Assembly: GCA_045863295.1 (NCBI GenBank)
Contig: BTWA01000018.1
Location: forward strand, 1-64,000
Direction of reading: 5' to 3'
Origin: Candidatus Hydrogenedentota bacterium
Lineage (GTDB): Bacteria; Hydrogenedentota; Hydrogenedentia; Hydrogenedentales; SLHB01
Length of the DNA: 64,000 nucleotides
Shown here: positions 18,246 to 28,395 of the stretch, in pieces
Layout of the letters: each line of letters starts with the position of its first letter
Position numbering within the stretch: the first letter of the stretch is position 1
Program-made: the position numbers and the translations under genes
Notes under the pieces: generated by a model
The model's database searches: none
What the model saw: the letters and a program-made list of their open reading frames with translations, nothing else
Told to the model about the DNA's origin: nothing

Positions 18246-21200
18246 CTATTGTGAAATTGACTGCACGAGCGGTTGTGCATCCAATTCGATTCCAATCGTG
18301 TTTACCGTCGTATCTGGCCACGTTTCAGGCAGCTCGATGGTCTTTGACTCGTTGTTGAACGGGACGTTCGCACCGCCGTTCAACAGATATGCCCTCACGA
18401 TCGTGTTCTGCAGCCCTGGCAGGGCGATGGGCTGATCGGGCCGCGCCTTTAGATGAAGGTATAGCGTGTTTGCCTTGGCTGTGCAAAGGCCCACCGGCAG
18501 CGGCCCGAAAGGCGAGCGGCCGGCGCCGTAGATAGCCTCACCATTCAAGCGCAACCAGTCACCGATTGCTTTCAAGCGTTCCAGCGCTGGCGTAGGAATC
18601 TCACCATCAGGAGTGGGACCAACATTTAAGAGCAGGTTTCCACCACGGCTTACAACGTCCACCAGCCGCCAGATTAACTCATCCGCATTCTGAAACTGCG
18701 TGTCCTTAACCGAATACTGCCAAAAATCGCCCATGGTCATGCATGCTTCCCACAAGGTGGAATTTTGCTCAAAGCCCATGGCTACGTCGATTTCTGTCGG
18801 TTGCTCACGTGTGTAAAAGTCAGCGAGCGGTATCTTGCCCCGTTCGCCCTTGCCCAGCCTGTCGTTTACGAGCGCCGTAGGCTGCAGATCGTGAATCATC
18901 CGCACCAATTCTTCGGCGCGCCAAGTGGTTGCGGGATGATCCCATTCCCCATCGAACCAGACGCAGTCAATGGGACCGTAATTGGTGCAAAGAGCACGAA
19001 CTTGTGGGAATATGAACTTGTCCACATATTTTGGCAAGTCGTCCACGAAATCCGGGTTGTACCAATCCAGCAGCGAATAGTAAAAGCCAATCTTTAGCTC
19101 GGCTGTGCGGGCTGCCTCGGTCAAGAGCTTTACGTAGTCGGTGCCTGGTATTTGGTTCACGGAGTCGTATTCGGAAACCGGACTGTCAAACATCGAGTAC
19201 CCGTCGTGGTGCATCGATGTGAATACCACATACTTCATTCCCGCCGACTTGGCCGCATCCATCCATTGAGTCGCATTAAAGCGTTTGGGATTGAACGCTT
19301 GACCGTACTGAATGTAGTCCTTGCGAAGGGCCGAATTCGACTTCAAATCGAAATAATCGTATGAAGTGTCAGGATCACTTCCATGCAATGAAAACGGCCC
19401 CCAATGCACAAACAAACCGAACTTCGCATCTCGAAACCAAGTCTGGCGCGCCTCCTTTGCTTCGTTCGCTTTGCGCTGATGATAACCAGCAAGGTCTCCG
19501 TTATCGCGCACGCCTTCATTTGCAAACCAACGTGAAAGGAAACGGGGCATGGTTTCGTCGTACACGGCTCGTTTGATATTCATCCAGGTACGCTGGTCGC
19601 CCACGGCGTAATACAAGTAAGTCTTGCCCTCGAATTCCACGAGGTCTGGATCGGAAGCGTTGATACCGTCATCAATTGCGTTGGGCGAAATTACTGGATT
19701 GCGATCGCTTCGGTACCAGGTTCTCAAATCCTTGGATCGCGCAATGTAAGTCTCGAAGTACCATCGTGGCGTGCGGTGTTCCAGATAGAGCAAGTAATAG
19801 TAACCCTCGGAATAGCGAATCGCAGGGCACGCGGTGTACCGGTTTGTGCCGAACACGGCATCGGGCAGTTTGGTCCAGGTTTTAAGATCGCCGGAACTGG
19901 CGAACTTGGTGGTAAACGCGGGGTAGGTCCGATCGTTGCTCTCGTATGCCAGAACAAATCCTTCCGGGCCTTGGCAAATGGAACTGTTAAAAAGATGCTC
20001 GCCAGGGTCCTGGGAGACAATTGTCGACTGATTCCAGGTCTTTAAATCGTGAGACTGGAACAATGTCACGTCATTCCAATTGTCATTTTCGAAACGCGAA
20101 GCAGACACGTACACCATGCTGTCATGCACAAACGCGCTCGCTAGACTGTAGCCGGTGCCGAATCGCGCGATTTCGGCGCCGGATTCCGCATCCACGATGG
20201 TCAGTACGTACTGTTCGCGAGTGCCGCCGGATGCGGGCCGGACGCACTCGAGCAGGCAGATACGACCCTCCCAGACAAAGGGTGTCACCTCGCAACGGTC
20301 CTTGCGCACAAGTGATTGTTCCACTTCCGGATCGATCGTTTCCGTCGGTTTTGGTGTTGCCAAAGCATCAAACACTTCGGCTGGCCAGTGTCCCATTCTG
20401 AGCATTCCCTTGGGTGTCTCTTGTGTAAATTGTACATAGGCGTTGACCGACCCCGTCACTGTGTAGCCAATATCTGTTGCCGACTCTTTATCTACCTTTA
20501 CGCCGAAAACTTTGTATCCCATGAGGGTGGAGTCTTCGATATCGACATGGAGGTACTTCCCATTCTGTACGCTTTGTATGATTCCATCCGTGGGCGTACC
20601 TGCGGGTTGGGAGAAATTGAGGGTAATCAGTTGCGATCGGGCTGCCTTGATGCGCATGTATGTATGAAACCCGTAGTTGCCGCCTTTGAGCGCGCACTGG
20701 GGACCAACCATTGTGCATTCATCGATTACCACATCGGGGCGATCGGGCAATTCCGGATTCTCCACACGAACATACATTCCGGCGGCATCGCCCCACCAAT
20801 CCAACGACCAGAGCTTGCACCGGCGAAACGTGATAGGCTCGTCTGGCCGGGATAGGCAACTTGCTACGCCGCCGCCAAATGCACGGCCGATGCTTACGCA
20901 GTCTTCCACCACGATCGAGAACGGCTCAATGCGATTGGTGCAGTCCCAAAATAGCCCCGCATCGCCTCCCGAGACATACAGATTTCTCAAGATCCATCGG
21001 TCCCAAACGATCGCGGAAAATGTGGGGTCTTTATGTTCATCGCTCCATCCTTGCGATGTCGCTCGTATCACGCCCCACCAGTCGTAGCTTTTGAATCCAT
21101 TCTCCGGGTCGCCGGAGTCGATGACGACACGGCCCGGTTTGCCGGAACCGTAGTGACCGTCCACATCGCCGATCAAAAGGTTGTAGCTTCCTTTCGAGCC

Positions 21201-21491
21201 CGGGAATGGCACGGACAAGTTGGCTTCGACGTACGTGTCGGGCCGTACGATGACGCGATGGCCTCCCTGCGCATCCGGTATCCGGTCCAGGGCTGCTTGA
21301 ATCGTGTGTAAGGCGGTGGCCCACGAGAGGCCGTCGGAGTTGTCGCCAAGCTTGGATACATACAGGGTATGTCCCTGTCTGCCGGTATAGTCTGCCGCGG
21401 CGGGATCCCACGTTTCTCCGCGTGCACTCACGGAAATGACAGCGATGCAACAACATGTCAGCGTCCATGCCCGTAAGCCCAAAGTAAGCAT
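18246..21491 (-). CDS. Multidomain secreted glycosidase: beta-helix-like N-terminal domain, propeller-like domain, C-terminal GH29 alpha-L-fucosidase
   Basis: GH29 motifs WFRDAKFGLFVHWG, HHDG, WFDGEW, VNDR and GGNLLLNVGP; N-terminal YVSKLGDNSDGLSWATALHTIQAALD; central INASDPD/YLYY. Confidence 0.8.
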   Translation of the reverse strand: MLTLGLRAWTLTCCCIAVISVSARGETWDPAAADYTGRQGHTLYVSKLGDNSDGLSWATALHTIQAALDRIPDAQGGHRVIVRPDTYVEANLSVPFPGSKGSYNLLIGDVDGHYGSGKPGRVVIDSGDPENGFKSYDWWGVIRATSQGWSDEHKDPTFSAIVWDRWILRNLYVSGGDAGLFWDCTNRIEPFSIVVEDCVSIGRAFGGGVASCLSRPDEPITFRRCKLWSLDWWGDAAGMYVRVENPELPDRPDVVIDECTMVGPQCALKGGNYGFHTYMRIKAARSQLITLNFSQPAGTPTDGIIQSVQNGKYLHVDIEDSTLMGYKVFGVKVDKESATDIGYTVTGSVNAYVQFTQETPKGMLRMGHWPAEVFDALATPKPTETIDPEVEQSLVRKDRCEVTPFVWEGRICLLECVRPASGGTREQYVLTIVDAESGAEIARFGTGYSLASAFVHDSMVYVSASRFENDNWNDVTLFQSHDLKTWNQSTIVSQDPGEHLFNSSICQGPEGFVLAYESNDRTYPAFTTKFASSGDLKTWTKLPDAVFGTNRYTACPAIRYSEGYYYLLYLEHRTPRWYFETYIARSKDLRTWYRSDRNPVISPNAIDDGINASDPDLVEFEGKTYLYYAVGDQRTWMNIKRAVYDETMPRFLSRWFANEGVRDNGDLAGYHQRKANEAKEARQTWFRDAKFGLFVHWGPFSLHGSDPDTSYDYFDLKSNSALRKDYIQYGQAFNPKRFNATQWMDAAKSAGMKYVVFTSMHHDGYSMFDSPVSEYDSVNQIPGTDYVKLLTEAARTAELKIGFYYSLLDWYNPDFVDDLPKYVDKFIFPQVRALCTNYGPIDCVWFDGEWDHPATTWRAEELVRMIHDLQPTALVNDRLGKGERGKIPLADFYTREQPTEIDVAMGFEQNSTLWEACMTMGDFWQYSVKDTQFQNADELIWRLVDVVSRGGNLLLNVGPTPDGEIPTPALERLKAIGDWLRLNGEAIYGAGRSPFGPLPVGLCTAKANTLYLHLKARPDQPIALPGLQNTIVRAYLLNGGANVPFNNESKTIELPETWPDTTVNTIGIELDAQPLVQSISQ

Positions 21492-21518
21492 GTCAACAGC
21501 CCCCCAAGAATATGAATG

Positions 21519-22742
21519 CTACGACTTCGACGATTCGACCAGCGCGCGTACTTTTTCCTCGTCCACTGTAATCCCAATTCCTACGCCTTTGGGTACGCGA
21601 ACAGAGCCGTTCACCGGCCGAAACGGTTCGGTAATCACGCTGGTGCCCAAAAACTGCGGTCCGTTCAGTGCAGCGGGATACTTCAGGTCGAACGCGCCGT
21701 ACAATACAAGAGAGGCGGCTAATGAAATATCCGGATCGGTCAGGCCGCTACCAAGAAACCACAATCCGGCGTCCTCGAGGATTTCAAGCTGCCGCGTTGC
21801 CGAGACCAGTCCTCCGCAACGGGCCGGTTTCATTGCGACGCCGTCGCAACAGCCCAGTTTGATGAATTCGATCAAATCCGAAGGCGCAACGACCCCCTCA
21901 TCCATAATGATGGGCAACGCGCCCTGTCGCTTCATTTCCTGGTAGCCCGTGAGTTGATTCGAAGGCAGCGGTTGCTCAAGCACCGCCATGCCTGCGTCGG
22001 CCAGTTTGGGCGCCGCGATCAATGCGGTAGCGCGGTCATAGCCACCGTTGGCGTCTCCCCACAGGAAGCCATCGGGCACGCGCTTCTTCACAATCCCGCA
22101 CATTTCAAGGTCAAACTTGAGATCAGGGGCGACTTTCACGTTGAAGTTCTTGAATCCACGTTCGAGTCCCTTGTCGATTAGCGGTTCCAGATCTTCCATG
22201 GTCTGAGGATTGAGCGTCCAACTGAGCGTTAGTTCATCGGGCAATGATCGGCCCCAAAGCGCTGCTACGCTGCAATTCAACGCGTGGCCTATCAGGTCGT
22301 GGAGAGCAATATCCAGACCTGCTTTAGTAATAGGTGCACCTGTGGAGAACGAATTCGCAATCTCCTTGCTCATCGCGCCATGAATGGTTTCCAGGTCAAA
22401 AGGGTTCATACCCACAATTACAGGTCGAAGGTAGTTTTCAATTGTGCTGACCGCCGATTCCAGCGTTTCATAGCTCCAGCGAGGAACTGGCACACTTTCC
22501 CCCCACCCCACAGTGCCGTCGCTTGCAGTTATCTTGATGATGACGGCGGCACGGCCTGTGCCCGAGGTTGGCCCCTCGAAGAATTTGAACCGCATGACTG
22601 TGGGGTAGCGTACGGGAAACAACTCAATCCGGTCGACGGTAATTGGCCGGGCGTCTTGCGCCACGGCCCATCTTTTCGCTGACATTGCGGCAAGTGCTCC
22701 AAGCGTGCTGCCGGCGAATTGCCGGCGTGACATGCGAAACAT
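21519..22742 (-). CDS. Enolase-superfamily (mandelate racemase/MLE-like) enzyme with Tat signal
   Basis: GWGES, DIALHDL, DANGG, EQP and MDEG metal ligands; SRRQF Tat motif. Confidence 0.85.
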   Translation of the reverse strand: MFRMSRRQFAGSTLGALAAMSAKRWAVAQDARPITVDRIELFPVRYPTVMRFKFFEGPTSGTGRAAVIIKITASDGTVGWGESVPVPRWSYETLESAVSTIENYLRPVIVGMNPFDLETIHGAMSKEIANSFSTGAPITKAGLDIALHDLIGHALNCSVAALWGRSLPDELTLSWTLNPQTMEDLEPLIDKGLERGFKNFNVKVAPDLKFDLEMCGIVKKRVPDGFLWGDANGGYDRATALIAAPKLADAGMAVLEQPLPSNQLTGYQEMKRQGALPIIMDEGVVAPSDLIEFIKLGCCDGVAMKPARCGGLVSATRQLEILEDAGLWFLGSGLTDPDISLAASLVLYGAFDLKYPAALNGPQFLGTSVITEPFRPVNGSVRVPKGVGIGITVDEEKVRALVESSKS

Positions 22743-22769
22743 GACGAGTTCCCCCGATATCCCTTTTCG

Positions 22770-23762
22770 TCAGGCGGGCGCGCCCAGACCTTCAACCAGT
22801 ACACGGATAGTCGTGATTTCTTCGTTCGTCAACTGAAAGGCAAGTGCCCCGGCGTTCTCCTTCACTTGATCGGCGTCGCGCGCGCCTACCAGTGCGGACG
22901 AAATTCCCGGCTGGGATATCACCCAATTAATGGTCACCTGTGCCAGCGTGGCGTTGTGTCTCTCCGCGATGGGCTTGATGTGATCCAGCATGGTCAGAAT
23001 ACGCTTCCGGTTCTCTGGCTTGAACCAGGGCTTGCCTGCGCGGTGATCGCCTTCACGGAATGTGCGGTCCATTCCTACTTTACCGGTCATCAATCCCTGC
23101 GCGATGGGGCTGTACGGCAGCACACCGATACCGTGGCGGATGCAGTACGGCAAGATTTCTGTTTCGATGTCTCGTTCCAGCGGGTTGTATTTCGGCTGAT
23201 CCGTCGCAAGGCGCCCAATTTTCCGGCACTCATCCATCATCTCGCATGTGAAGTTGCTTACACCAATTTCACGAATCTTGCCTTCTTTTTGAAGGTCCAC
23301 AAGCGTTTGCATGGTCTCCGCGACCGGTGTTTTCAAGTCGGGCCAATGGCATTGGTACAAATCGATGCAATCGACACCAAGACGCGTGAGGCTTTGTTCA
23401 ATTTCATAGCGAATCGATTCGGGACGCAGGCAGCGTATAAGCTTGACCGCTTTGCCTTCAGGCGTAACCGTAGGCATACCCTCTGCCTCCGAGTCCAAAT
23501 CCCAGCGTACACCGCACTTGGTGGCAAGGATGACGCGGTCGCGGCGGTCTTTGATGGCCTGTCCAACAATGCGTTCACTGTGGCCCATGCCGTATGTCGG
23601 GGCCGTGTCGATGAAGTTAATTCCCTCATCGATTGAGGCGTGTATGGCTTTAATGGCTTCGGCATCGTCTGTTCCACCCCACATCCAGCCGCCGATAGCC
23701 CATGCACCGAAGGCAATTCCGGGTACGCGAATGTCCGTGTTGCCCAGGTTTCGAACAATCAT
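22770..23762 (-). CDS. Aldo/keto reductase
   Basis: DTAPTYG, ATKCG, DLYQCHWPD, IGVSNF and YSPIAQG motifs. Confidence 0.92.
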   Translation of the reverse strand: MIVRNLGNTDIRVPGIAFGAWAIGGWMWGGTDDAEAIKAIHASIDEGINFIDTAPTYGMGHSERIVGQAIKDRRDRVILATKCGVRWDLDSEAEGMPTVTPEGKAVKLIRCLRPESIRYEIEQSLTRLGVDCIDLYQCHWPDLKTPVAETMQTLVDLQKEGKIREIGVSNFTCEMMDECRKIGRLATDQPKYNPLERDIETEILPYCIRHGIGVLPYSPIAQGLMTGKVGMDRTFREGDHRAGKPWFKPENRKRILTMLDHIKPIAERHNATLAQVTINWVISQPGISSALVGARDADQVKENAGALAFQLTNEEITTIRVLVEGLGAPA

Positions 23763-23936
23763 GTGTAGCAACCTCCAGATCCTGTCTCCAAGAGGCCATC
23801 GTATTCCCTCAAAGCCGAGATGCGCAAGCCGGCACGCTTTTCCGGTTACTCGAATTGACACATTACCCGTACCCCGTCATACTGATGTGGATGGTAGGTT
23901 TGGCCTGCGAATTGCAGTACTAAAGAGGAATTTCGA

Positions 23937-24323
23937 ATGATTTTAAAGGTCAATCCGCGCAAGACTGCGTGGCTTGTGGTTGCGGCGGTGGCTATCGCAG
24001 GGTTGAACGGCTGTCCAATCACACCAGAGACTCATACCCCCATAGGCAAGTGGCGAATTACGTTTGATTGGGGTTGCGATAACGTTCAAAAAGGTACGAC
24101 GACTTTTCTGGTATACGAAAACCTGCGGTTCACGGACGATTTCGCCAGTGGAAGCACCTACGGCGACTGGGAATCCGCACTGAACCATGTCACCTTTTGG
24201 TATGACAATGGCACCGTGTATGCCGGGACGATCAATTCGGCCACGACCATGAGCGGGACCATGGAACGGTATGACGGGTTGGAAGGCTGCTGGACTGCGA
24301 ATAGGCTATCTGAAGTGCCCTGA
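23937..24323 (+). CDS. Hypothetical lipoprotein, small beta-rich domain
   Basis: Lipobox LNG-C; AGAGG RBS; two further Cys. Confidence 0.65.
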   Translation: MILKVNPRKTAWLVVAAVAIAGLNGCPITPETHTPIGKWRITFDWGCDNVQKGTTTFLVYENLRFTDDFASGSTYGDWESALNHVTFWYDNGTVYAGTINSATTMSGTMERYDGLEGCWTANRLSEVP

Positions 24324-24402
24324 TAGCTCAGCTTGTCGATTCCATTGACGGATCGGCGCAGTAGCAAGTCCTCTGTGTGGCAACTGGCAGGCTAAGCAGC
24401 CA

Positions 24403-25998
24403 TTATTCTGGTTTCAGTGATTTCGCTGCAAAGGCAATCTGTATAAACTCAGCCCTGTAGCCGTTTGAATCGGCACCTCGCGCATGTTGCGCAATGCGAA
24501 TCACATCGTCGCACGTGAATGTTCCCACATAAGGTGACTCTCGCAGAATCATGCCTAGAGATGCGACGGCTGCCGCCCATCGAAAATCTTCCGATGCCGA
24601 TTCGAATTCGAGGGTCTCATCCAGAACCGGCCACACCAATTCCTGGCTCGTGTCTGCCTTCGGATCCTTATAGCGTACTTTCAGCGTCAGCAATTCTCCG
24701 CTCCACTCATGGCTCGAAAGCTCCGTTGGCTGATACTTCAGCGGGTCCACATCCGGCATTTTGATAGTCGAACCCGGTGCGGCAATTTCATACAGGGCGG
24801 TGACTGCATGCCCTGCACCCATTTCACCGGCATCCTTTGTATCGTCTTTGAAGTCCTCGTCAGCGATGGCCCGGTTTTCATACCCGATGAGGCGGTACGC
24901 CTCTACCTTCGCCGGGTTGAATTCCACTTGAATCTTCACATCCTTCGCCACAGCCACAAGGGTAGCACCCATTTCTTCAATCAGTACTTTGCGTGCTTCG
25001 TTGAAAGTGTCAATGTAGGCATAGTGCCCGTTTCCTTTGTCGGCCAGCTTTTCCAGAGTCGAATCCTTAATGTTCCCCATGCCAAAACCAAGGACGGACA
25101 GAAATACGCCAGTCTTGGCCTTCTCTTCTATCAGTCTAGCTAGCGCATCCTTGTCGGTAACGCCCACATTAAAATCACCGTCCGTCGCGAGAATAACCCG
25201 ATTGACACCGTTTTCCTTGAAGTTATTGGCCGCGATTTCGTAAGCCGTTTGAATGCCTTCGCTTCCGTGCGTACTGCCGCCGGCATCCAAGTTGTCAATC
25301 GTTTTCAGGATGCGAGGTTTATTGTCCTCTGTGCATCTTTCTGAACTCAGAGCGACCCCGGAATGGCCGGCGTACACGGCAATGGCGATGCGATCGTCAT
25401 CGCCAAGATGTTGCACCATGGCTTGCAGGCTGCGTTTGACCAGTGGCAGCTTATTGAAATCGGCCATCGATCCGGATACATCTATCAAGAAGACCAGATT
25501 GCTCTTGGGGCGCTCACCTTCGGGAACGTCCTTAGCTTTCAATCCGATACGCACGAGTCGCGTTGTCTCGTTCCAAGGGCATTGAGCCGTTTCGATGATC
25601 GCGGAAATGGGCTTGTCCTGTGTCGCAGGCGGATAGGCATAGGTAAAGTAGTTGATGAACTCCTCAACTCGGATTGCATCAATAGGAGGCAGTTGGCCTC
25701 CTTCGAGAAAGCGGCGCGTATTGGAGTAGGAAGCCGTGTCCACATCAATTGAAAATGTGGAGAGCGGACGAATTCGCGCAAGACGAAAACCGTTCTCCAC
25801 AATTGCGTCGTAGCTTTCCATATTGGCCGACGGCAATACCGCCGGCGGAGGTACCGCTAAAGCGAAGGGAGGGGGTGGTGGTGCAGGTGGTGGCGGTGCA
25901 TTTTGTTCCGAAACAAGTGGTGTGTACGATTTGCTATGACAACCGATTGCCAAAGCAACGCACGCAAGCAAACTCAAGTGCCGAACCGCGAGTTTCAT
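24403..25998 (-). CDS. YfbK-like vWA-domain lipoprotein (vWF_A + DUF3520)
   Basis: STFSIDVDTASY, DVSGSM MIDAS, ATDGDFNVG, YRLIGYENR and DAGE motifs; lipobox AIG-C. Confidence 0.9.
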   Translation of the reverse strand: MKLAVRHLSLLACVALAIGCHSKSYTPLVSEQNAPPPPAPPPPPFALAVPPPAVLPSANMESYDAIVENGFRLARIRPLSTFSIDVDTASYSNTRRFLEGGQLPPIDAIRVEEFINYFTYAYPPATQDKPISAIIETAQCPWNETTRLVRIGLKAKDVPEGERPKSNLVFLIDVSGSMADFNKLPLVKRSLQAMVQHLGDDDRIAIAVYAGHSGVALSSERCTEDNKPRILKTIDNLDAGGSTHGSEGIQTAYEIAANNFKENGVNRVILATDGDFNVGVTDKDALARLIEEKAKTGVFLSVLGFGMGNIKDSTLEKLADKGNGHYAYIDTFNEARKVLIEEMGATLVAVAKDVKIQVEFNPAKVEAYRLIGYENRAIADEDFKDDTKDAGEMGAGHAVTALYEIAAPGSTIKMPDVDPLKYQPTELSSHEWSGELLTLKVRYKDPKADTSQELVWPVLDETLEFESASEDFRWAAAVASLGMILRESPYVGTFTCDDVIRIAQHARGADSNGYRAEFIQIAFAAKSLKPE

Positions 25999-26103
25999 GA
26001 CCGATCCTCCCGCGCGAATTTCGCGCACGTGGGTTACACCGGTTAATCCCTCGCTGGTGTGCAGAGTTTCCTTTGTGCCATTTTGCGAACGCGTAGTTTG
26101 CTT

Positions 26104-27528
26104 TTATGCATGTACTGGTGGCACGTGGTGGGCCCAAGGCCGAGCTTCTTCCAGCTGAGCCGCCAGGCGGAACAGAAGCGCTTCCTGCCCATATTTTCCA
26201 ACGAAGTGACTCCCTACCGGCAGTCCGTCCGCCGTCCAGTGAAGCGGCACCGACATGGCGGGCAGCCCCGTGAAATTGCAGAGCGGCGTGTAAGGCACAA
26301 ATGCGGCAGCCCGCATTATGGGAGATAGCGGGTTATCCGGATCAGCCTCAAACGATCCCAAGGGTAATGGGGGCTCCGCTGTTGTTGGCGTGAGAAAAGC
26401 GTCAAATGGCTCCAGCCATGTACACAAGGCGCGGGAGATTCTCTGGAGTTGTGTCCAGCCCAGCAAATACATGCTGGAATTGGTCTGCGAGGCCATCTGA
26501 TGCATTGTCCAACTGCAAGGCTCCAACAACTGTGGAGAAGGCATACGCCCCGTTAGTTGAACACATCCATCCATTGACCACGCAGCCGAGGCCATATAGA
26601 CGCTCAAGAATGCGTGTTGAATCTCGTCGCCGGCAATGGCGGGCGCCGATTCCTCCACATAGTGTCCCAGCGATTCGCACAGCTTGACCGTTTCCATAAG
26701 GGCCTTTTCGCATTCCGGGTGAACAGGCACGCCGATAAACGTCTCTGACGAATACGCTATTCGCAATCGACCCGTGGATGCACCGACTTCTTGCAGAAAC
26801 AGTCTTTCAGGTGCTGGCGCTACGTATGGATCCCCCGGCAATGGACCGCAGGTGGCATCCAATAAGGCAGCGCTATCCCTGACCGATCGTGTTAGTACGT
26901 GTTCACTGACAAGTCCGTTGGCGACGTCCCCCAGGTCGGGTCCCAGGGTAATGCGTCCACGCGAGGGCTTCAATCCGAATAGGCCACAACAGGAAGCAGG
27001 AATTCGAATGGATCCGCCGCCGTCGTTGCCGTGTGCCACGGGAACCATACCGGATGCAACAGCCGCGGCGGAGCCCCCGCTTGAGCCGCCGGTTGAATGG
27101 TCCGTATTCCACGGGTTGCGTGTGGGACCGAAGATCTCCGGTTCGGTCGTCGGCAAGATTCCGAATTCAGGCGTATTCGTTTTCCCCAGGCATACCAGGC
27201 CAGCGCGCTTGTACCGCGCCACCAATTCGCAGTCGTGTCCGGGAACGAACCCTTCCATCAGGCGGGATCCGGCATGCATGGGTACACCACCATAACCCGC
27301 CAACAAATCCTTCAACACAAATGGCACGCCTTTAAATGGGCCGTTGGGCAACGGGCCGCGTGCCGCTTTGCGGGCAAGTTCGAACATGGGTGTGATGACC
27401 GCATTGATCGTGGGATTTACGGCCTCAATGCGGGTGATGGCCGCTTCCACCAACTCCATCGGTGTTGCCTCTCCTTTGCGGACCAAGTCGGCCTGAGCGG
27501 TGGCATCCATAAAGGCAAAATCAGACAC
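26104..27528 (-). CDS. Amidase (amidase-signature family)
   Basis: [21 protein letters not shown] and [11 protein letters not shown] motifs. Confidence 0.92.
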   Translation of the reverse strand: MSDFAFMDATAQADLVRKGEATPMELVEAAITRIEAVNPTINAVITPMFELARKAARGPLPNGPFKGVPFVLKDLLAGYGGVPMHAGSRLMEGFVPGHDCELVARYKRAGLVCLGKTNTPEFGILPTTEPEIFGPTRNPWNTDHSTGGSSGGSAAAVASGMVPVAHGNDGGGSIRIPASCCGLFGLKPSRGRITLGPDLGDVANGLVSEHVLTRSVRDSAALLDATCGPLPGDPYVAPAPERLFLQEVGASTGRLRIAYSSETFIGVPVHPECEKALMETVKLCESLGHYVEESAPAIAGDEIQHAFLSVYMASAAWSMDGCVQLTGRMPSPQLLEPCSWTMHQMASQTNSSMYLLGWTQLQRISRALCTWLEPFDAFLTPTTAEPPLPLGSFEADPDNPLSPIMRAAAFVPYTPLCNFTGLPAMSVPLHWTADGLPVGSHFVGKYGQEALLFRLAAQLEEARPWAHHVPPVHA

Positions 27529-27547
27529 GGCCGTTCTTCCCCCAGGT

Positions 27548-28126
27548 TCAGCCGCCGGGCACCAACCACGGACGCGGCGGCAATTCGAATCGATTGCGAA
27601 ACCAGTCCTCGAGATTCGCCAGATACGACAGCGATTCGGGGTTTCCTTCCTTGGGCGCCCACGGGGCGAATCCCTTGTCAGCGCGGGCTTCGTAAGGGCC
27701 GGCTTTTACTTCAAACACAACGGTATCCGGTTCGAGCGCGAAAAATGTGTGCCAAACCCCCGCCCGGACATCAAAGCCGACAACGCCTTTGGCAGGATCG
27801 GCCAGAAATGTATTCTCGGAATCGGGCGATCCGTTGTCATGAAACCCGATGAAGCCGAGGCTTCCTTGAAGCACCACAATGGCCTCGGCCTTGGGTGGAT
27901 CCATGTGGCGATGCGGCTGGACGTAACTCGCAGGCTGAAACGCATTCAGCATTCGCTGCAAAGGGTCCTCGTCACCTGTGTGGAAAATATGAATTTCTCT
28001 TCTACGAAGGCTCTCTCGCGCCGCCCGCGCCTTCTCTAGAATCAGTTCTCGTGTAATCGCGAGGCTGGCGGTATGGCCCGCTTTTGTCGCCACCGGCGAA
28101 ATGCGAATGATATCGTTGGAGTTCAT
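27548..28126 (-). CDS. WbuC-family cupin-fold metalloprotein
   Basis: LQRMLNA, YVQPHRH, GVWHT and FEVKAGPY...FAPWAP motifs. Confidence 0.8.
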   Translation of the reverse strand: MNSNDIIRISPVATKAGHTASLAITRELILEKARAARESLRRREIHIFHTGDEDPLQRMLNAFQPASYVQPHRHMDPPKAEAIVVLQGSLGFIGFHDNGSPDSENTFLADPAKGVVGFDVRAGVWHTFFALEPDTVVFEVKAGPYEARADKGFAPWAPKEGNPESLSYLANLEDWFRNRFELPPRPWLVPGG

Positions 28127-28395
28127 AGAGTTCCTTGCCCACTGCGTCCGCCAGTATACGCCGTCAACGGAAGAATCTAAAGCCCATTGCGCTGTATTCG
28201 CAAGCCAAATCCATAGCGATTTCTGAACCCGGCTTTGCATTCGACGGTTACCCTCCCTAGAATATCGTCTTCTGAAGTAAACCGTACAATAAGGTCTCCT
28301 GTTGGTCCCGTGCGGGATCTGACGTTGCTCTTGTGCAGGCGGTTTGCCCGGGTGGAAGTCACGAAATCAAAAACAACACCGAAAGAATTCAAATC

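Noticed and set aside
26061..26081. Other TGGCAC hexamers (here on the minus strand and at 46681) as sigma-54 promoters
   Set aside because: No GC at the required GG-N10-GC spacing.
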